Of a stretch of 64,000 bases of DNA, positions 33,584-44,140 are shown one piece after another. Numbering within the stretch: the stretch's first letter is position 1; each line of letters begins with the position of its first letter. This DNA comes from a virus. Lineage: Duplodnaviria; Caudoviricetes. The stretch is from IMG/VR virus record IMGVR_UViG_3300019742_000001; one strand, written 5' to 3'. Under the pieces are notes generated by a model, which saw only the letters and a program-made list of their open reading frames with translations, was not told the DNA's origin and ran no database searches. The position numbers were made by a program, and so were the translations under genes.

Positions 33584-35820
33584 ACCACCTCTATTGTACT
33601 GAAACCATCTTCCTTCGTAACTTTGTATGTCCCATCAACACCAAAGTCAGCAACTTCTTCTCTATGTGACACAACAAACACCTTCAAATTATCTTCTCGT
33701 TGTTTCATTCGGATAATATCAAATGTCTTTTCAATACCATGTGAATCAATGGAACTATCCAACAACTCATCCAACACTAGGATGTCAAGATAGGAACCAG
33801 CTTGTCGCCTCGCCACATCCATCATGGCGAACTTTAATGCCAAATCTATAGACTTACCCTCTCCACCTGACATATTACCAAACTCACAGTCTCCTACTCC
33901 ATATCCCTTGATTGTTCCATCTAACCATGCATCAAGCTCAATGTAATAATTATGACCTGTTTCACTCAGATAATGATTCGTCTGTTGTTGTAGGAAAGGA
34001 ATTATATTACCGATAGCATATTGTTTGACATTAGTATCTTTCAATGTCTCTTTAATATACTCAAGGTAATCCTTCATCACATTCAATTTCTTTGTTTCAC
34101 CATTAAATACAGATACTTCTGACTCTAATTGTGTCTTTGTTGTGACATTAGTTTCGTATTCAAGTTCAATCCTATCACAAATTTCCTTCTGACTGTTATA
34201 AATTCGTGTTTCTGTTTCAAACTTGGTCGTTAATCGTTCTTTATCTCTCTGTAGATCCTTGTACTGATCATACATTGACTGTTTCTCATCAATCACACTC
34301 TGAACAATACTAATATCAGATTCAATTACATACTTGTCATTGTCCAATTCTTCAAGTTCTTTTTCAATCTCTGGTATCTCAACGAATTTTATACCTTCAA
34401 TTCGCTTGTCGTTCTCATCAAATTCTTTCTGTTTCTCTTCCACACCAGAAAGGGCAACAAGATGTTTCTCAAGTTGTCGTTTCTTAACAATCTTTTCATT
34501 GATTGTTTTTAACGACACCTCAAACTCTTCTCTATCATTCTTGTTCGTTGCGATCAAATCTTCCAATTCACCACGATTTACCTTAACCAAATTGATCTGT
34601 TCGGTTAGTTCTCCAACCAATTTGTCGATGTGGTCTTTGATGTGTTCAGGATCAACCTCTTGAAAACAGGTGGGACATGTTGTCTCTTCGGTTACAGTAT
34701 GATCTGTCCATTTAGACAACTCCTTCTCCAATCGTGACATTTCATTGGTAAATGTCACATACTCACCCATCAACTTACTACCTGTTTCTTTCAAAACATC
34801 AATGTTTTCAGTCAGTTCTGTTGACATATTTTCAATATTGTCAAGTTTTTCAAGAACCTTTTGGATCTTAACCAACTTCTCACGCTGTTCTGTAAGGTCA
34901 CCAATGGTTTCATTACGTTTCTCTAATGATGTGATCTCACCCTGTAACAGACTTATTTTTTGTGTCACCTGACCTATTTTTGTAGTCAGTTCTGTTTTTT
35001 TATCCATCAACCCTTGTCGTTCGGTCTTTTTATCACCAATCTGACTCTCAAGTATCGGACCCTCTGTGAATAACTGCTCGTTATCTACATTCAACTGACA
35101 CAATTTCAGATTCGCTTCGTCTACAGAGTTCTTATATTCAGACATGTTTGGGACAACACTCTCTGAGATTATCATTTCAAGTTCTTCTACACGTTTTTGT
35201 TTGAACCCGATCTCCATATCAATCTCAGATAATCGTTTTGTCACACCACCAAGTTTTGTGTTGGTATGTTCTGTCATCTTAGAATAAATCTCAAGATTAA
35301 AGAATTTTTCAATGAACTTTCGTTTTTCTGCTTTAGGTGTATTGAAGATAGACACCATATTATTAGCATTCTGAAACAAGATTGCTTGAGCCGCCTTGAA
35401 GTCCATACCTATAAGGTCGTGTTCCAGTTCCATTTGAAACACACGTTTATCTGACAATTTTGGAACTGGAACACCATCTTTAACAAGTTCTAATATTCCC
35501 GGTTTAATACCTCGGTGGATCATATATGAAATTCCATCCTTCTCAAAATGAAACTTCACTTCACACTGTTTACCATTCTTCCAATTTATGATTTTTGGTA
35601 GAGGAACGCCTTTACTGGTCTGACCAAACAATGCAAAAGGTATGGCTTCAAGAAAACTTGTCTTTCCTGCACCATTTGAACGGTCTTTGTCCTTATCGTG
35701 ACCTAAGACTAAGTTAACCCCTTCTTCCAGATTGATCGTTTGCCATTGACCCCCATAAGAGAAAAAGTTCTTTAATTCCAACTTCTTACATATAATTTTA
35801 CTCATTTGTTTCTCCATCAC
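33580..35820 (-). CDS. gp46: gp46-like recombination endonuclease subunit (Rad50/SbcC)
   Basis: KNFFSYG, NGAGKT, CPTC zinc hook, MSGGEG, LDELLDSSID. Confidence 0.93.
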   Translation of the reverse strand: MMEKQMSKIICKKLELKNFFSYGGQWQTINLEEGVNLVLGHDKDKDRSNGAGKTSFLEAIPFALFGQTSKGVPLPKIINWKNGKQCEVKFHFEKDGISYMIHRGIKPGILELVKDGVPVPKLSDKRVFQMELEHDLIGMDFKAAQAILFQNANNMVSIFNTPKAEKRKFIEKFFNLEIYSKMTEHTNTKLGGVTKRLSEIDMEIGFKQKRVEELEMIISESVVPNMSEYKNSVDEANLKLCQLNVDNEQLFTEGPILESQIGDKKTERQGLMDKKTELTTKIGQVTQKISLLQGEITSLEKRNETIGDLTEQREKLVKIQKVLEKLDNIENMSTELTENIDVLKETGSKLMGEYVTFTNEMSRLEKELSKWTDHTVTEETTCPTCFQEVDPEHIKDHIDKLVGELTEQINLVKVNRGELEDLIATNKNDREEFEVSLKTINEKIVKKRQLEKHLVALSGVEEKQKEFDENDKRIEGIKFVEIPEIEKELEELDNDKYVIESDISIVQSVIDEKQSMYDQYKDLQRDKERLTTKFETETRIYNSQKEICDRIELEYETNVTTKTQLESEVSVFNGETKKLNVMKDYLEYIKETLKDTNVKQYAIGNIIPFLQQQTNHYLSETGHNYYIELDAWLDGTIKGYGVGDCEFGNMSGGEGKSIDLALKFAMMDVARRQAGSYLDILVLDELLDSSIDSHGIEKTFDIIRMKQREDNLKVFVVSHREEVADFGVDGTYKVTKEDGFSTIEVV

Positions 35821-36043
35821 CGTAAAGATACGATTTTATCTCATTAACCACATCATGTCCTTTGTGACCAATCGAATATCGGTGTTTACCACTCATATCC
35901 AAATGCACTACTTTAAGACACAAATCAAGTTTTCGTAACAACCTTTCAGCTTCAGACTCTCTATCAATCATCATCCCCACCTGAATATGGTTGTATTGAA
36001 CGAATCTCAATAGCCTTAATTTGTTCAGAATCAAGATTACCAT
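35798..36043 (-). CDS. hypothetical protein
   Basis: ORF; true start uncertain. Confidence 0.4.
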   Translation of the reverse strand: MVILILNKLRLLRFVQYNHIQVGMMIDRESEAERLLRKLDLCLKVVHLDMSGKHRYSIGHKGHDVVNEIKSYLYGDGETNE

Positions 36044-36290
36044 CTTCGTCTTCGTAATCTAACAACTTCCTACTGGTAGTAGCGTCAGCAATAAGTTTGT
36101 CAGCAGACATCTTAATATAAGAATGTACCTTATACTCATTACTCTCAACAAAATCATCCAATGTTCTACGATAAACTTCTGTCCAATGTTCTGGACATAA
36201 ATGATAAACTCTGTCAATCACTTCTCCCTTTGTAAAAACCTCACATTGAACACCTTCGGTAATACCACAAACATCACATTTATCTTCCAT
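35964..36290 (-). CDS. Zn-binding hypothetical protein
   Basis: CDVC...CPEH; RBS GGAG. Confidence 0.6.
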   Translation of the reverse strand: MEDKCDVCGITEGVQCEVFTKGEVIDRVYHLCPEHWTEVYRRTLDDFVESNEYKVHSYIKMSADKLIADATTSRKLLDYEDEDGNLDSEQIKAIEIRSIQPYSGGDDD

Positions 36291-36299
36291 TTTATCTCC

Positions 36300-36815
36300 T
36301 TAGTCTATCTCAAATATTTTTTCATCAAAATGTTGTACTGGTTTCTTTTCTTCTACAAGTTCTTTTATATCTACATTTGGTGGTGTTCGTATAATAAGAC
36401 TTTCCATATGATGCATTGATTCATAATAATCTCTTCCATCCATCGATCTTGTGTTCAACCGTGAGTAAAATTCTTCACCTTCTGATACTCCAAACATACC
36501 ACTCATATCAGTGCCTTGTAACACCTGAAAATAACTTATGAATCTATTGTAATACCCAAACGATCTTCCACCTCTTTCATACTCTTCCACCCAATACATT
36601 GTAACCAAACGATGTGATTCAAATACTATCTGATCTACAACATAATCAGTCGATCCATAATTCAAACCAGAAGCATAATTCATTGTCATTGGTTGTGCCA
36701 CCCGAACCGCATGGTAATCATCCCTCAATCTTTCATTCAAATCCGTATCATAAGGTCCACGAATCTCCTGTTTTGGTAGACTTGTGTTTTGGTGTTGTAC
36801 TATATAGGTTTTCAT
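36300..36815 (-). CDS. hypothetical protein, C-terminal tag variant
   Basis: Ends QHFDEKIFEID. Confidence 0.6.
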   Translation of the reverse strand: MKTYIVQHQNTSLPKQEIRGPYDTDLNERLRDDYHAVRVAQPMTMNYASGLNYGSTDYVVDQIVFESHRLVTMYWVEEYERGGRSFGYYNRFISYFQVLQGTDMSGMFGVSEGEEFYSRLNTRSMDGRDYYESMHHMESLIIRTPPNVDIKELVEEKKPVQHFDEKIFEID

Positions 36816-37183
36816 ATACTAAATAACTCGTCATCAAAGTGTGTTTTCGGTTTAGGATATACAACAAAGTTCGGTGGATAATCCACAATATGATCTATAC
36901 TAAAGACCAGATGCCACTTAGGATAGAAATAGTCATAATCAACATCACAACTCTTCAAATAACATCCTTTGTATTTCTTCGTATCAAATTTATTTCGACC
37001 AATATCAGATATAAAATCTTCCAATTTATAACCAAAATCATTTTCCCCAACAACTAACACACCCTCTATGACACGATTTGTTGTTACATCATATCGAAAA
37101 CTTAATGTTGATATTTGGGTAGTTTCTTGGTGTATATTTACCTCCAAATAATCATCAATATAATCTGATATATCGTTACCCAT
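36812..37183 (-). CDS. hypothetical protein, C-terminal LFxI tag
   Basis: Ends THFDDELFSI. Confidence 0.6.
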   Translation of the reverse strand: MGNDISDYIDDYLEVNIHQETTQISTLSFRYDVTTNRVIEGVLVVGENDFGYKLEDFISDIGRNKFDTKKYKGCYLKSCDVDYDYFYPKWHLVFSIDHIVDYPPNFVVYPKPKTHFDDELFSI

Positions 37184-38207
37184 CTATTTCCTCATACAAC
37201 TGATCAATGATTTTATCTAATACCACCCTCTTTAAATGTTGAGGAATCTCTCCATTCTTAACAAAATCCTTATGGATCTCAACAGGTCCCATTAATTCAA
37301 CACTATCATCTACATTATCACCTGTCATAGAATGTGTAAACTTATATTCTACAAATAATTGATGTGGTTCGGTATTCTGTGCATCATGAATTATTTGGTT
37401 GTTGATAGTTGTTCCGAAATCTTCTTCAAAAACTATCTTAACAACTTGACCTTTGAATTCTTCACCAAAAACATAGTCTGGCACAGCAACCCATTGAAAG
37501 AACTTAGGGTATCCGTTCCATTCAATGAATTCAAGTTCTCCTGTTTCACCATCAAATACATAGAACCCACGTGTACCATTGTCATTGAATGTCATATGAT
37601 ACGGGGCACCTAAGTATTGAACATTGTTGGGGTAATCACCTTTTGTATGGAAGTGTCCAGAAAATGTCTTCTTGAATTTTGAGAAGTCACTATTAGACCA
37701 TTCACCATCAGATACTACCTGACCTGATTGGTTCATTGCAGCACCATTAATCTCCCAATGACCAAGACAATACTCGGCTGTAGAATCTTTCATCCGTTGT
37801 TTGTAACCTTGAACAACATCTTCGTCTTCAATCATCCAAGGCACAAGTAGACAGTTATTAACCTGTGTTGGTTCATCTACAACAATTATATTATCCATTG
37901 ATCCAAAAACTTGATTTGAATTGGGCAGGTATCGGTCTTTGTAGAAAATGTCATGGTTACCTAATATCATGTAACTACAATCAAATCTCTTCTGTAAGGT
38001 TGAACCGATTCTTCGTGCATAGAATAATGTCTTTAGTGACATATTCTTTCGATTATCAAAGAAATCACCAAGGTGGATCAGTTCTTTGATTTCGTTCTCT
38101 TCGGCATAATCAGCGATATCCTCAAACAATTGGTTGACTGTTTCAAGATAAAAATCATTGGCTTTTTTTATACCTAAATGTGTGTCTGTTACTAAAATAT
38201 ATTTCAC
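37176..38207 (-). CDS. gp47: gp47-like recombination endonuclease subunit (Mre11/SbcD)
   Basis: DTHLG, GDFFD, GNHD, GHWE, SGHFH metallophosphoesterase motifs. Confidence 0.93.
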   Translation of the reverse strand: MKYILVTDTHLGIKKANDFYLETVNQLFEDIADYAEENEIKELIHLGDFFDNRKNMSLKTLFYARRIGSTLQKRFDCSYMILGNHDIFYKDRYLPNSNQVFGSMDNIIVVDEPTQVNNCLLVPWMIEDEDVVQGYKQRMKDSTAEYCLGHWEINGAAMNQSGQVVSDGEWSNSDFSKFKKTFSGHFHTKGDYPNNVQYLGAPYHMTFNDNGTRGFYVFDGETGELEFIEWNGYPKFFQWVAVPDYVFGEEFKGQVVKIVFEEDFGTTINNQIIHDAQNTEPHQLFVEYKFTHSMTGDNVDDSVELMGPVEIHKDFVKNGEIPQHLKRVVLDKIIDQLYEEIDG

Positions 38208-38275
38208 AAATAAAAACTCCCTGTATAGATTATTCCATACAAGGAGTATATTACATTATATTGTATATGTAAACT

Positions 38276-39013
38276 TTACAGAACAGGACTATCACTGTGA
38301 AATGACATCGTAAGATTTTCTATAACTATAGACAAACCACCATTCACACGAACATTCATCTTGAACTTATCACCAACTTCAACTACGTATCTGAACGATG
38401 ACGAAAAATATCCAACAGTTAACCCCTCAAACTCACGATAACTTCTTGATTCCTCTATAACATTATATGTCAACCCACCATCTTTGGAAACTTTTATCCC
38501 AATTTCCATTATCTCTCCAGCAGGGGAACCATCAGCAGCAACAGAAATCCCCCAATTAAGTGTGTGACTTTTAGGATAATCAATATCATACGAAAACACT
38601 TTTGTCGTATCGTCATATGACCACCCACAGTCACTTCTTGCATAATAACTTAAAGCGAAATCAAGGTCTTGAAATGTATCAGCAGGGTCAGCAAAGGTTC
38701 TACTTCTGGGACTTGACACCGTAACTTTTTTGTCATCCAAGTCAGTTACAATCGTAGTCTCGGTTGTTGTAATTGTGTCTCCGGGATTTGTTACTGTAGT
38801 TATTGTTGCTACCGTGTAATCACCATCATTAGTACCAACTCCATCATCAACCCTCACGGATATAGTTTCACCAACATCAAAATACTCATTAAAATCAACC
38901 TTCCCACCAGATGTTATGGTGCTAGTTGATGTAAATGAAATGTCATCAGATGTTATCATTCTTAATCTTGCCTGTATACAAAAATTCTTATATATATCAG
39001 ATAGTAATGTCAT
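38276..39013 (-). CDS. putative structural protein
   Basis: T/D-rich; NDGDYTVATI motif shared with 16418-18598. Confidence 0.55.
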   Translation of the reverse strand: MTLLSDIYKNFCIQARLRMITSDDISFTSTSTITSGGKVDFNEYFDVGETISVRVDDGVGTNDGDYTVATITTVTNPGDTITTTETTIVTDLDDKKVTVSSPRSRTFADPADTFQDLDFALSYYARSDCGWSYDDTTKVFSYDIDYPKSHTLNWGISVAADGSPAGEIMEIGIKVSKDGGLTYNVIEESRSYREFEGLTVGYFSSSFRYVVEVGDKFKMNVRVNGGLSIVIENLTMSFHSDSPVL

Positions 39014-39025
39014 TATTATTCTCCA

Positions 39026-42000
39026 TTAATTTACCTTTATTCTCCATCCATAAGTCTCGTCAACATACACCATCGTAACTTGTCCAGAACTTATATTAAT
39101 AATCATGTCTTGTGAAGTAACACCCTCAATAGTAAGTGTGTTTGCTCCACCAGCACCCTGAATAGTGATGTTGTTTATAGATGATTGTTTCATATAATCA
39201 TCTACCACAATTGTATCACCGATAACAGGTGTTGATCCTAGAACCAATGTGACTGGACCTGCCGTGGCATCAACAAAATATGATTTATTGAATTCCAAAT
39301 CACCAGACACCCAAACTTCCCATACATCACTTGGCTGTGCCGACTCAGTTATTTGGGTTATATGACCCCATTTATCAAAAGTTATACCAGAAATCACATT
39401 TCCTATAGACACTGTAAAATCATCATCATATAACGCAACAGGTGTTGTTGGTGAAATATGATGTGAGAATTTTAATTTCTCATTTATTGGATTATGGAAT
39501 ATCAATTCCGTAGTACCCAAATCGGTTGTTCCAGTTCCAGAAACAGTAAATGATGCCTTTGTTGCCTCTGTTAGTGTGTATTCAGTTAATGCATATCCTG
39601 TACCGAAATCACCATCATAAAAATCAAACCCCTTGATTGTTCCTGTAATGTAAGGTCTTAATGTGAACGTACCAACTACACCACTAATTGAAGTTACATC
39701 ATATGCAACTGAATACCCTAAACCAACAACAGCACTAACTTGTTGTATACTTGTTATAACATCGGATACAACGGTAACCGACCACACGGATCTATTTAAA
39801 TCTGGTACATTACCATTAACTATAAATTCGTATGTACCATCAGTAGTCCCAGAAAGTGTTTGGTCTATTATCTGAAAGTATGACACATTACCTTGAACAG
39901 AAGATACACGAATGTCAACACTAGACCCAGCACCATCATTAGGTGGATACATCACTGTTTCTGTGATACTTTGACCACCTGTACCACTTACATCAAATAC
40001 ATCAGTATCAAATGTTGATGGTGTCCATGTATCACCACTTGTATCAAATACAAAGAAACCAACTCCACCATCAACAACCTCAACTCTTGAAATCAAACCA
40101 TAGAGTTCTGTTGTCTTATCAACATCAACCCCTGTGTCAACACCATTACAAATAGAGGTTGTTGTCAATAAATCATTTGTCTCAATTTTCGTATCAAAAT
40201 ATTCAAGTAAACCATCGCCACTTGATACACAAAATCGTTTAAAGTTTGAGTCAACATAATCTTTGTTTACCAATAAATTACCAGTTGACTCAATGAATGG
40301 ATCTAATTCGGATATTGGTTGGTAATATTGATCCGAATTCATTGAGTGTCTACCATAAATATCAACGTAGTCTAGTAGTTCGACAGAAGACTGTGATGAA
40401 ACTACACTGTCAACATACTGTTTAGTTGTTAAATCCCATAGATCAGAAGGTGATCCATCAGGGACGATACCATTATTTGATACTCTTGGAAAATACGAAG
40501 TTATGTCAAAGGGACGTCTACCATCAACATGACTATATTGTGTGTGGTCATCACCATCCAATCCATCCAAATCTGAATGGTATGTAGAAGGAATCAAACT
40601 ATCAACATAACCTTTAGTTGTTAATATATCATCGGTGTCACTATCTACTGTCGCAACACCACCAATTTTACCAGTAAATGATCTGGTACCATCAACTAAT
40701 ATATATTGTGTGTGGTCATCAACAGATAGTCCTGATAACTCACCGTGGTCAATTGAACCACCCAATAATAAACTAGAAACATACTCAACTGTTACCAGAT
40801 GATATGACTCAGAAGGTCCAATGTCAGGATCGCCATCAGTACTTGCTACTTGTGGCATACCTGTAAACGCAATAGAACCATCTTTTACAATATGAATGTC
40901 AGTGACATCAGTTATTACTGATTCAATATATGTCTTTGTTACAAAATCATCACCAATCGCAGAATCAACAATAGTTCCGTTGTCATACCCTATTGGTTGT
41001 GTGAAATTTCTAGTACCGTCAACCAAAATATATTGGGTGTGGTCATCATCACCTAATCCATCAAATCCACCATGATCATTGTTATCCGAAACTACACCAT
41101 CAACATATTTCTTTGATGTTATGTGATATGGTAGTGTTGGTGTGATATCAGGGACACCACCTGTATTAACAAATCCCGGAATACCTGTGAATAAAATCGT
41201 GGCATCTTTCCTTATATGAACATTTGTGGCTTTGTTTAATATCTCAGTATCTACATAATTTTTGGTTGTCAAATGACTTGAACTAACGGGATCAACCCCA
41301 CCGATAGCACCAGTAAATGGTCGTGTTCCATCAATAAAAATATAGTCAGTGTGAATACGAGACTCTGCCGCTCCTACCAAGGAATCATGTTCCTCTGTCT
41401 CCCCAACTAACGAATCAACATATTTCTTTGTTGTTAGATTCCAATCATCAGAAGGTATTACATCAGGAACCCCACCTGTATTTGTAACAGAAGGTAATGA
41501 TGTGAATAGTGTTGATCCATCACGAACAATAATATCTTCTGATAATTTACCACCAATATAGTTAGCATTTAGTCCTGTACACATAGTCGTACTAGAAACT
41601 GTTATTGGTGCCGTTCCTGTACTAACTATTGACGTTATCGGTTCGTTTGTATATAATTCTTTTGTTAGAGTAATTTTTGTTGATCCAATAGAAATATCAA
41701 TCGATCCTGATTCATATCCTATTTGTAGACCCGACCCATTACCAACGACATCATTAACCAATATTTTATTTCCAGACTCTATTACAACGTCTTCCATAAA
41801 ATGTGACTGTGACACCATTAACCAACGACCTGTTGTGACAACATCATCAGGTACTATTACTGTTGGATAATCCTCTGATAAACTTGAGCTACTACTATAT
41901 TTGTAAAAGTGTATTGATTTCAGTGTGTTATCCATAGCAATAGCAATATCACCATCAGTTATAACAGAAATACTAATATCATCTAACGCACCTGATGACC

Positions 42001-42043
42001 CACCACTTGTAGATATCGCACCAAATATTCTATTAACAGCCAT
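39026..42043 (-). CDS. tail-fiber-like protein with DHxxLxGLxxDDHTQY repeats
   Basis: Four HTQY/HTDY-DGxRxF repeats, many LTTKxYVD motifs, C-terminal YFVDATAGPVTL domain. Confidence 0.65.
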   Translation of the reverse strand: MAVNRIFGAISTSGGSSGALDDISISVITDGDIAIAMDNTLKSIHFYKYSSSSSLSEDYPTVIVPDDVVTTGRWLMVSQSHFMEDVVIESGNKILVNDVVGNGSGLQIGYESGSIDISIGSTKITLTKELYTNEPITSIVSTGTAPITVSSTTMCTGLNANYIGGKLSEDIIVRDGSTLFTSLPSVTNTGGVPDVIPSDDWNLTTKKYVDSLVGETEEHDSLVGAAESRIHTDYIFIDGTRPFTGAIGGVDPVSSSHLTTKNYVDTEILNKATNVHIRKDATILFTGIPGFVNTGGVPDITPTLPYHITSKKYVDGVVSDNNDHGGFDGLGDDDHTQYILVDGTRNFTQPIGYDNGTIVDSAIGDDFVTKTYIESVITDVTDIHIVKDGSIAFTGMPQVASTDGDPDIGPSESYHLVTVEYVSSLLLGGSIDHGELSGLSVDDHTQYILVDGTRSFTGKIGGVATVDSDTDDILTTKGYVDSLIPSTYHSDLDGLDGDDHTQYSHVDGRRPFDITSYFPRVSNNGIVPDGSPSDLWDLTTKQYVDSVVSSQSSVELLDYVDIYGRHSMNSDQYYQPISELDPFIESTGNLLVNKDYVDSNFKRFCVSSGDGLLEYFDTKIETNDLLTTTSICNGVDTGVDVDKTTELYGLISRVEVVDGGVGFFVFDTSGDTWTPSTFDTDVFDVSGTGGQSITETVMYPPNDGAGSSVDIRVSSVQGNVSYFQIIDQTLSGTTDGTYEFIVNGNVPDLNRSVWSVTVVSDVITSIQQVSAVVGLGYSVAYDVTSISGVVGTFTLRPYITGTIKGFDFYDGDFGTGYALTEYTLTEATKASFTVSGTGTTDLGTTELIFHNPINEKLKFSHHISPTTPVALYDDDFTVSIGNVISGITFDKWGHITQITESAQPSDVWEVWVSGDLEFNKSYFVDATAGPVTLVLGSTPVIGDTIVVDDYMKQSSINNITIQGAGGANTLTIEGVTSQDMIINISSGQVTMVYVDETYGWRIKVN

Positions 42044-42062
42044 TTATTCCTCCAAATTGAAA

Positions 42063-42554
42063 CTATTTCTTCTTTTTCTTCTTTTTCTCTGTTGACATAA
42101 TGGTATAATCAATCGCCTTGGTTGACAATGACAACGTTTCGTCTTCAACAAGATATGTTCTGTTATTGAAACAACTATCCTTGATATCACTATGTCTTTT
42201 CTGTCTATTGATGTAATTCACAAAAGAATGATTACAGATTGTTGTTATGTACGCAAACGGATTCCTTGACTTTTCCAAATCAAAGTTTTTGAGGTATTTA
42301 CAACAAGTCAATACCGCCTCTTGAATCATATCCTCTTTCCATGTATAATTTATAAAATTTCCTTTATTAGATAGATTCTTTGCTATCAACAACAACATTC
42401 TCCCTAATTCCTCAGACATCAACCCATCATTTAACCTCATGGTTTCTATCTCTGGAATAAGATCTTTGTTCCTAACGTAATATACAGGTGATTCGGGATC
42501 GACACCTTTTATTATCTCAATTACTGTCGTATCACCCGTTTTCTGTTCTACCAT
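42063..42554 (-). CDS. gp55: gp55-like late transcription sigma factor
   Basis: YYVRNKDL, NFINYTWKEDMIQEA, KYLKNFD...NPFAYIT.I..SF. Confidence 0.88.
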   Translation of the reverse strand: MVEQKTGDTTVIEIIKGVDPESPVYYVRNKDLIPEIETMRLNDGLMSEELGRMLLLIAKNLSNKGNFINYTWKEDMIQEAVLTCCKYLKNFDLEKSRNPFAYITTICNHSFVNYINRQKRHSDIKDSCFNNRTYLVEDETLSLSTKAIDYTIMSTEKKKKKKK

Positions 42555-42604
42555 GTAATTCCTCCATTGTAACTATATAATGTATTATATATTACAATTA
42601 AAAA

Positions 42605-42976
42605 CTACTTTTGTAAACCCTTTCTCATACATTTCTCAAAAGATATCTGTATGTTAGACAATTCATCATTGAACTTAAACCATTTTTCTTTTAATTGTCC
42701 AATCTTCTTTCGTCCCATTTTTGTGTCTTGTAAGGACTTTCCCTGTTCTTCTAAACAAAAATCAAATCTTAATTTACCTCTATACATTTCCTTTAACTCC
42801 TTGTTTGCCTTCTCAAGAAGCATCATTGCTGTATCATCCAACATATACTTTTCTGTTATTCGTCTAACCAAATCAGAATTTCCTGTATCAGACTCAACCA
42901 AGTCAAGGTTCAGTGAACGAAATACACTCTCTTCGTTATCACCACTAGATATTGATAAAAAATTATATAATCTCAT
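42605..42976 (-). CDS. hypothetical protein
   Basis: Coupled ORF. Confidence 0.6.
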   Translation of the reverse strand: MRLYNFLSISSGDNEESVFRSLNLDLVESDTGNSDLVRRITEKYMLDDTAMMLLEKANKELKEMYRGKLRFDFCLEEQGKSLQDTKMGRKKIGQLKEKWFKFNDELSNIQISFEKCMRKGLQK

Positions 42977-42977
42977 A

Positions 42978-44093
42978 TTACCAACTCAATCTCACAAATG
43001 TACTGACAGCGGGATCTGTGTATAAATGGATTTCAACCTCTACACCTGTATATACAGATTCAAGTGGCATGATCTCAGAATTTGATTGCCATACCGTAAC
43101 TGTTGGTGGGGTTGCATGTGTAATTGGACTAAGATTCATCGGTATATCATATCTATACGAACCACTAGCATCAAGTGTCCACGATCCTGTTGGAATAGTT
43201 ACTTCAATTCTCTGTCCATCTTGGTATTCTTTGGTAACAAAATCATCATCTCCAACAGTTAATACGATACTTCCATTAGAATAACCAACACCTGCGGTAT
43301 AATCACGTCTACCATCCAAATGACTATATTGAGTGTGTTCATCAAGTGCGGTGTTTGTTCTGTGGTCATGCCATTGTTTTGCTAGTGCATTTGATATTAG
43401 ACGATTCGTTCCACTATCAGTACTTGATACATCAACAAAGTCTATTCCGTGGGGATTTCCGGGTGCCCCATCAATCTCAGGCAAAACTGGATATGTATTA
43501 TGACCATCAACAGTATAATACCAAGAATTTGTATCAGAATTATAATATGACCCTCGGTGTGATGCCCATCCATTAGCAATAACGTTACTAATCAACTTAT
43601 TATATTTTGTGTTCTCTAATACTGTGTCGTCATACATGAATTCATCGACAATTGTTATCCCATGAATTTCTAATACACTGTCTTCAAACAATACAAGATT
43701 CTTGTGGTCCTCCCACCCTTTTGCTAGGAAGTTGGAAACCGCCTTATTTCTCAATGTATCAGTGCTTGTCTCATCAACCTCAGCAACCGATGTAGAAAAA
43801 ACATCAATATAATCAATGAATCCAGCGGAAACTCCGGGAGATTGCCAAGCAATCTTGAACTTTTGATTGTAAAAATACCCATCATCTTCGGTAGTATCAG
43901 CTATCCAAAACTCAAAATAACCTTTTCTACTGGTTCTTGTTTGTGGGGCAGTCCTAGTAGCACTACCACCAATTTCATCCAGATAAACATTTGCAGTGTC
44001 TTCTGTACCAGCTATATAAACCGTAATTTCAGCATTTTCTATTGGATTACCTTCATCAGTAACCAAAAACTGCCAATAATGTCTTCTTGCCAT
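42978..44093 (-). CDS. putative structural protein
   Basis: EHTQYSHLDGRR repeat shared with 39026-42043; CATAAATA upstream. Confidence 0.65.
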   Translation of the reverse strand: MARRHYWQFLVTDEGNPIENAEITVYIAGTEDTANVYLDEIGGSATRTAPQTRTSRKGYFEFWIADTTEDDGYFYNQKFKIAWQSPGVSAGFIDYIDVFSTSVAEVDETSTDTLRNKAVSNFLAKGWEDHKNLVLFEDSVLEIHGITIVDEFMYDDTVLENTKYNKLISNVIANGWASHRGSYYNSDTNSWYYTVDGHNTYPVLPEIDGAPGNPHGIDFVDVSSTDSGTNRLISNALAKQWHDHRTNTALDEHTQYSHLDGRRDYTAGVGYSNGSIVLTVGDDDFVTKEYQDGQRIEVTIPTGSWTLDASGSYRYDIPMNLSPITHATPPTVTVWQSNSEIMPLESVYTGVEVEIHLYTDPAVSTFVRLSW

Positions 44094-44140
44094 AAATATC
44101 TCCCGTTTTTTAATGTCTCTTGTATTTATGATTTAATCTG

